45,938 nucleotides of DNA, taken from positions 1-45,938 of the IMG/VR virus record IMGVR_UViG_3300044580_000271. The stretch is one strand, 5' to 3'. This document shows, one piece after another, positions 38,765-43,369 of the stretch. Position numbers and translations under genes: made by a program. The stretch is from a virus. Lineage: Duplodnaviria > Caudoviricetes. Under the pieces are notes generated by a model. That model was not told the origin of the DNA. It worked only from the letters and a program-made list of their open reading frames with translations, and made no database searches. Numbering within the stretch: the stretch's first letter is position 1; each line of letters begins with the position of its first letter.

Positions 38765-39277
38765 AAAATCTGTGAAAATTGTAATAAAGAACACAATGGT
38801 TCTTATGGTAAAGGTAGATTTTGTTCTAAAACGTGTGCTAAATCATTTAGCACCAAAGAAAAAAGATTAGACATAAATATTAAAATAAGTCAAAAGCTAA
38901 AAGGATGTAAATCACCAAAACGAAAGGAGCCAAAAAAATGTTTGAATTGTGGAAATGATTGCCATAAAAAATTCTGTTCAGTTGAGTGTTATAAATTATA
39001 TTATCAAACATTACGAACTGCATTTGAAAATTATAAAATTAAATCACAATTTAAATTTAATGTTTATGATTATCCGAATTATTTTGAACTAATTCTGATT
39101 GAAAAATACGGGTGGTATTCTCCAACAAATAATCTTAATGGAGTTTCAAGAGATCATTTATATTCTGTTAAAGACGGATTTATAAATAATATTGACTGCA
39201 AAATAATTTCACACCCAGCCAATTGTAAATTAGTTCTTCATAAAGATAATCAAAAAAATATAAAAATTCATCTATAA
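38762..39277 (+). CDS. HNH-like homing endonuclease with N-terminal Zn-binding repeats (C-terminus probably frameshifted)
   Basis: CxxC...FCS..C repeats; SRDH...HPANC...HKDN. Confidence 0.7.
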   Translation: MKICENCNKEHNGSYGKGRFCSKTCAKSFSTKEKRLDINIKISQKLKGCKSPKRKEPKKCLNCGNDCHKKFCSVECYKLYYQTLRTAFENYKIKSQFKFNVYDYPNYFELILIEKYGWYSPTNNLNGVSRDHLYSVKDGFINNIDCKIISHPANCKLVLHKDNQKNIKIHL

Positions 39278-39311
39278 CAATTGATGAATTAAAGGAACGA
39301 ATAAAAAATAT

Positions 39312-39382
39312 GGCGAATGGGCAGGACGGCCATGCGGGGGTCTGCAAAACCTCAGAATCCAGTTCAACTCTGGGATTCGCCT
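39312..39382 (+). tRNA. tRNA-Cys(GCA)
   Basis: ggcgaat/attcgcc acceptor; ct-GCA-aa loop. Confidence 0.85.
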
Positions 39383-39384
39383 CT

Positions 39385-39541
39385 AAACTGTAGTAATGTT
39401 AAGAGTTACTTCGTAGCTTTGGGAGCCGGTATCGCAAGATGTGGAGGTTCAAGTCCTTCTTCCCCGCACAGATATTCGCGGGGAATGGTGAAATGGTAGA
39501 CACGCCGTAAGAAAAAATACTCTAAACGAGTTTCTCAGTTT
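39385..39541 (+). ncRNA. Scaffold-A RNA carrying a circularly permuted Leu-type tRNA mimic
   Basis: aaactg/cagttt closing stem; order is variable arm, T-arm, loop-closed acceptor, D-arm. Confidence 0.75.
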
Positions 39542-39556
39542 TTATTTTATTTTTAT

Positions 39557-39632
39557 GCCGGCATAGTTCAGTAGGTAGAGCAGCTGTCTTGTAAACAGCA
39601 GGTCGGGGGTTCGAATCCGTCTGCCGGCTCCA
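39557..39632 (+). tRNA. tRNA-Thr(TGT)
   Basis: gctgt-ctTGTaa-acagc; encoded CCA. Confidence 0.92.
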
Positions 39633-39634
39633 AT

Positions 39635-39773
39635 GGGGAGAAAGTTTAAAAAAGAAAAAACACTCTAGTTGACTTTCTCATGTAAATGTAGTAATAACGA
39701 AGAGTTACTTCGAAGGTAAAACGTTAGTTTTGAAATACTAAATTTGTTGGTTCAAATCCAGCTCTCCCCGCCA
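39635..39773 (+). ncRNA. tRNA-like RNA with permuted scaffold A inserted in the D-loop; 8-nt anticodon loop
   Basis: ggggaga/tctcccc-g-cca; gttt/aaac D-stem enclosing 71 nt; intact T-arm. Confidence 0.75.
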
Positions 39774-39777
39774 AATA

Positions 39778-39854
39778 AAGTTGTAGTAATAAGAAGAGAT
39801 ACATCGTAGCTCCATAAATTACCACAAAAAACTCTTTTTTGAATTTCTCAACTT
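39778..39854 (+). ncRNA. Scaffold-A RNA, minimal copy
   Basis: aagttg-tagtaa...aagagatacatcg...actct...tttctc-aactt. Confidence 0.7.
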
Positions 39855-39858
39855 AAAC

Positions 39859-39932
39859 TGCCTTATAGCGTAATTGGCAGCGCGCAAGCCTCTGGAGCTT
39901 GGTCAGTCGGGGTTCGAGTCCCTGTAAGGCAA
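39859..39932 (+). tRNA. tRNA-Gln(CTG)
   Basis: caagc-ctCTGga-gcttg; tgcctta/taaggca acceptor. Confidence 0.9.
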
Positions 39933-40047
39933 CTGAGTGAACATTGTGGAGTTAGTGTAATGGTAGCACGCCCGGCGGGTGTCTGGGAAGACTGGTTCGA
40001 ATCCGGTACCATGATCGACACAATTGACTGTAGGGAATAGACCTACA
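39933..40047 (+). ncRNA. Scaffold-B RNA with a degenerate colinear tRNA insert
   Basis: ctgagtgaaca...tcgacac-aattgac-tgtagg-gaataga-cctaca; D-arm and T-arm inside. Confidence 0.7.
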
Positions 40048-40053
40048 AAAAAT

Positions 40054-40125
40054 TGCCCTATAGCACAATGGCCAGTGCACGGGACTTTGGATCCTGGGAT
40101 TCACGTTCGAGTCGTGGTGGGGCAG
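40054..40125 (+). tRNA. tRNA-Gln(TTG)
   Basis: cggga-ctTTGga-tcctg. Confidence 0.9.
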
Positions 40126-40251
40126 CTGAGTGAACATCGTCATTAAAGAGAGTTGAGGGTTCAAATCCCTCATATCGGTTCATAAACTGATATTAGTGTA
40201 ACGGTAACATACTGCAACGATCAACACGATTGACAGCAGGGAAAGACCTGC
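40126..40251 (+). ncRNA. Scaffold-B RNA with a circularly permuted tRNA mimic
   Basis: T-arm gaggg-ttcaaat-ccctc, closed acceptor atatcggtt-cata-aactgatat, then D-arm gtgt-aacggta-acat. Confidence 0.75.
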
Positions 40252-40255
40252 AAAA

Positions 40256-40329
40256 CGGGGTATAGCACAGTTGGTAGCGCGCATGCTTTGGGAGCATGAG
40301 GTCGTCGGTTCGAGCCCGGCTACCCCCGA
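40256..40329 (+). tRNA. tRNA-Pro(TGG)
   Basis: catgc-ttTGGga-gcatg; one extra C in the 3' acceptor strand. Confidence 0.88.
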
Positions 40330-40407
40330 CTGAATCAACAGCGTCAACGGGGGCCAGTTGGTGGCCCTGCGGTCCGTTCTAGATGATTGACTTCAGGGAA
40401 AGACCTG
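40330..40407 (+). ncRNA. Scaffold-B RNA, short copy
   Basis: ctgaatcaaca...gattgac-ttcagg-gaaaga-cctg; insert gggcca-gttgg-tggccc. Confidence 0.65.
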
Positions 40408-40411
40408 TAAC

Positions 40412-40493
40412 GCCCCCATAGGAGAATTGGTATATCCACCTGGCTTAGGACCAGGCGTCTATGACATTGAGAGTTCGAGTCTCTCTGGGGGCA
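40412..40493 (+). tRNA. tRNA-Leu(TAG)
   Basis: cctgg-ctTAGga-ccagg; long variable arm. Confidence 0.9.
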
Positions 40494-40500
40494 CAAATTT

Positions 40501-40541
40501 CATGGTTAACTCAAATATATAAAGTAAAAGAGTTAACCATG
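40501..40541 (+). promoter_or_regulatory. 12-bp hairpin sequestering the HNH start codon
   Basis: catggttaactc / gagttaaccatg; loop contains atatataa. Confidence 0.75.
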
Positions 40542-40967
40542 AATAAAAAAGAATTAGATAACGAAATTATTCAGGCTTGCAAAAAAAGTAGAACAATGTC
40601 TGAAGCATCAAAAATTATTGGAATTCCATATTCCACATTTAAACGAAAAACAATATTATTGGGTTTATGGAAACCAAATCAAGGAGGAAAAGGAATCGCA
40701 AATATATCACTTGAAGATGTATTTAATGGAAAAAAATATCTTAGAAGTTATCAATTAAAAAATAAATTAATTGCAGAAGGGTATAAAGAAGCAAAATGTG
40801 AAGAATGTGGATTAGGAGAAGAATGGAATGACAAAATTCTTGTACTAGAATTAGACCACATAAATGGAAATAAAAGGGATAATAGATTAGAAAATTTAAA
40901 AATATTGTGTCCAAATTGTCATTCACAAACACCAACTTTTAGAGGAAGAAAAAATGGAAATGAATAA
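40539..40967 (+). CDS. HNH homing endonuclease
   Basis: CEECG...LELDHINGNKRDNRLENLKILCPNCH; the ORF-track start overlaps tRNA-Leu, so 40539 is used. Confidence 0.9.
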   Translation: MNKKELDNEIIQACKKSRTMSEASKIIGIPYSTFKRKTILLGLWKPNQGGKGIANISLEDVFNGKKYLRSYQLKNKLIAEGYKEAKCEECGLGEEWNDKILVLELDHINGNKRDNRLENLKILCPNCHSQTPTFRGRKNGNE

Positions 40968-41129
40968 ACAATTTTTACAGTTTTTAGATTCATTAATTCA
41001 TAGTAAAAATTTTAATTTTCGATATAGATTAAAATTAAAAATTTCGACCCAAGGAAAAAATTTATGCAGCAGTATTTGATGAAAGAAGGATTAATGAACT
41101 TATAAATAATAATTTTCATGAATTGTAAT

Positions 41130-41202
41130 GCTCGGTTCGTCTAGTGGTCAGGACATCAGGTTTTCATCCTGGGGATCAGGGGTTCGACCCCCCTACCGAG
41201 TA
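41130..41202 (+). tRNA. tRNA-Glu(TTC)
   Basis: tcagg-ttTTCat-cctgg. Confidence 0.9.
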
Positions 41203-41207
41203 CAAAT

Positions 41208-41289
41208 GTTGCGTTATACAAGCGGCCAAAGTGGTCAGACCTTCAATCTGATTCGTAATGATTCGCGGGTTCGAATCCCGCACGCAATA
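41208..41289 (+). tRNA. Atypical long-variable-arm tRNA, anticodon TTC, C33; identity uncertain
   Basis: gttgcgt/acgcaat acceptor; tcaga-ccTTCaa-tctga; extended variable region. Confidence 0.65.
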
Positions 41290-41290
41290 C

Positions 41291-41377
41291 GTCCAAATGG
41301 TGGAATTGGTAGACACGCTAGCTTGAGGGGCTAGTGCCATAACAGGTTTGGGGGTTCGAGTCCCCCTTTGGACACCA
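41291..41377 (+). tRNA. tRNA-Leu(GAG)
   Basis: ctagc-ttGAGgg-gctag; encoded CCA. Confidence 0.92.
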
Positions 41378-41380
41378 AAT

Positions 41381-41461
41381 GCCGACGTTGAGCAATTGGC
41401 TGGCTCGCCTGACTGTAGATCAGGTCCTTCGGGCGTAGGGGTTCGAGTCCCTTCGGCGGCA
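41381..41461 (+). tRNA. tRNA-Tyr(GTA), variant with G37
   Basis: cctga-ctGTAga-tcagg; one A.G mismatch in the acceptor. Confidence 0.8.
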
Positions 41462-41581
41462 CAAAAGGTTAGTAATTCGGACGCCTAACCAGCAGAAGGA
41501 TGAAGTTTCCTTGGCGAAATTGATCGAAACAGTCTTGGTGGTTCTTGTACATGTCGTGATAAAGTGACCAAAAACTATAAC

Positions 41582-41654
41582 GGAGTCTTGGCAGAGTTGG
41601 TCAACGCGCTGGACTGAAAATCCAGAGATCCAGGTTCGATCCCAGGAGGCTCCA
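41582..41654 (+). tRNA. tRNA-Phe(GAA)
   Basis: ctgga-ctGAAaa-tccag. Confidence 0.88.
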
Positions 41655-41741
41655 CAAAAAATTTTCAAAAATATTTTTTTATTTGAAAACTTTTGATTAC
41701 ATTAGCCTTAGAATAAAAAACAGTTCTTTGATAAAGATACT

Positions 41742-42036
41742 TGGCTTAATCAGGCGCCCGTAGGGCGTATGGTCGTCGATTACCGAACCTCGGTTTACGA
41801 TCAATGATAATGAGAGTTGTAGTTCAAGAATGTAGCGTAAAGTTACTGCAGACTGCAATAGAAATTAGCCTGGTAGGAAATCCTCGGATTCCTATTAATC
41901 TCAATAGTAAGAGGACGTGAGAGATTATTAAGTCATTTACAGATTGGGGAATAGGTAGAGTGGTCTTCGACCGGTGGTAACTTGCAAGACCTGACTTTAG
42001 AAAACCGGCATGGGCGCGGGTGGCCCAACCCAATCT
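41742..42036 (+). ncRNA. Unassigned ~295-nt multi-hairpin RNA
   Basis: Closing stems tggcttaat/attaagtca and agattggg/cccaatct; many internal hairpins; own promoter-like site and boxA-like site upstream. Confidence 0.6.
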
Positions 42037-42039
42037 AAC

Positions 42040-42127
42040 GGGGCGATACCGAAGTGGCCAAACGGGCCCTGCCGTAAACAGGGTGGCTCTACGGAGTCTT
42101 CGATGGTTCGAATCCATTCTCACCCCA
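42040..42127 (+). tRNA. tRNA-Tyr(GTA), variant with C33
   Basis: ccctg-ccGTAaa-caggg; long variable arm; C.A mismatch in the acceptor. Confidence 0.8.
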
Positions 42128-42151
42128 CAAAAGATGTTCTTTGAAAATACT

Positions 42152-42456
42152 TGATTCAGCTAGGAGTGACCAAAATTTAGATTAAATTAGAATTAATTAG
42201 TAAATGATGAAGAGGTTAAATTCCTCAAAAACAGACGGTTCGATTCCGTCGGCGGCTTTACCGTTAAAGGATGTAATATTAGATAATAATATGATAAAAA
42301 CGGTCCTATTAGGTCTATGCTTAAATGAAACTCCTTTAGGGTTCTAGATACCTAACACTTTCTCTAAGATTGTATGCCTTCGGGCTGGATGGAGAGAATG
42401 GATCAAAAGTGGCTGATGTCATTTAGTTGTGCTAGGATTCGCGATCTTAGCACAAC
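42152..42456 (+). ncRNA. Unassigned ~300-nt structured RNA with an internal T-arm
   Basis: tcagcta/tggctga closing stem; gacgg-ttcgatt-ccgtc; 13-bp terminal hairpin at 42426-42456. Confidence 0.5.
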
Positions 42457-42460
42457 AATC

Positions 42461-42543
42461 GGGAAGGTACCGAAGCGGTCAACCGGGACAGACTGTAAAT
42501 CTGTTGGCTTAGGCCTTCGTAGGTTCGAATCCTGCCCTTCCCA
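42461..42543 (+). tRNA. tRNA-Tyr(GTA), canonical
   Basis: acaga-ctGTAaa-tctgt; gggaagg/ccttccc acceptor. Confidence 0.92.
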
Positions 42544-42588
42544 CCTCACTTTTTGTACCTTGAACATAGATATATAAAATAAAAATCT

Positions 42589-42984
42589 ATGCCAAGAAAA
42601 CAAAAAGTTTATAACGTTCTTTATAAAACTACTTGTTTGATTACAAATCGATATTATATCGGTATGCATTCAACAAATAATTTAAATGATGGTTATTTAG
42701 GAAGTGGTTCTCACTTACGATATTCAGTTAATAAATATGGAGCTGAAAATCATAAATTTGAAATTCTCGAACAACTTCCAAATAGAAGTTCTTTAAAAAA
42801 TAGAGAAAAAGAAATTGTTAATGAAGAAATGCTTAAAGACCCTTTGTGCATGAATTTAAAACCTGGTGGAGAAGGAGGTCTTAGCAATCCAATTCATCGA
42901 AAAAAATTTCTTGAAGCAGGTACTTTGGCTGCTTCAAAGAGTGTAAGAGAAATGCAACACAGTGGGTGGGAATGGGTGATTTAA
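42589..42984 (+). CDS. GIY-YIG (Seg-like) homing endonuclease, short
   Basis: VLYKTT...YYIGMHST...YLGSG...E...MNL. Confidence 0.85.
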   Translation: MPRKQKVYNVLYKTTCLITNRYYIGMHSTNNLNDGYLGSGSHLRYSVNKYGAENHKFEILEQLPNRSSLKNREKEIVNEEMLKDPLCMNLKPGGEGGLSNPIHRKKFLEAGTLAASKSVREMQHSGWEWVI

Positions 42985-42997
42985 ATTAATCAAAGAT

Positions 42998-43351
42998 ATG
43001 TTTATTCAACATCACGGGGCATTGCAGCAATCTAAAATCGGGACTTCATCAAGCTATGTGTCTTTAAGTCCGACTTCATTAAAATTTGAGGATTCTGGTT
43101 CACCCTATACCTATAATTATACTTATGTAACATCTTCAGGTTCCTGGACAGCTTCGTTGCCAAGTGGTGATCCTTATTCAATATTACAGAATTACACAGC
43201 ATCAGGCAGCGGAAGTGGTAATGCTTATGTTGATATAAATTATAATGATAGTTATGAAAATTGTCAATATGTAGTCATAAGATACACAAGTGGAACTGCT
43301 TATGCTGATTTAGTTGTTTATCGAGATGGAATAACAAATACTTACCCATAA
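42998..43351 (+). CDS. BACON-like Ig-fold protein
   Basis: LSPTSLKF...VTSSGSWTAS...SGSGSG pattern. Confidence 0.55.
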   Translation: MFIQHHGALQQSKIGTSSSYVSLSPTSLKFEDSGSPYTYNYTYVTSSGSWTASLPSGDPYSILQNYTASGSGSGNAYVDINYNDSYENCQYVVIRYTSGTAYADLVVYRDGITNTYP

Positions 43352-43369
43352 TTCAAATAAATATTATGT

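Noticed and set aside
41235-41251. Reading the 41208 tRNA as a TCA opal-suppressor or Sec tRNA
   Set aside because: The stem tcaga/tctga centres the 7-nt loop on TTC, the acceptor is 7 bp, and TGA is used as a normal stop
41490-41535. Hammerhead ribozyme (gatga...gaaa-like words)
   Set aside because: No intact CUGANGA core with the required three stems
42152-42456. tmRNA call
   Set aside because: A T-arm is present, but there is no Ala-type acceptor end with CCA and no convincing tag frame; kept as unassigned ncRNA
39317-42669. ORF-track entries 39317, 39952, 41128, 41420, 41824, 42374 and 42403
   Set aside because: They overlap tRNAs or structured RNAs; GC-rich RNA genes produce spurious ORFs
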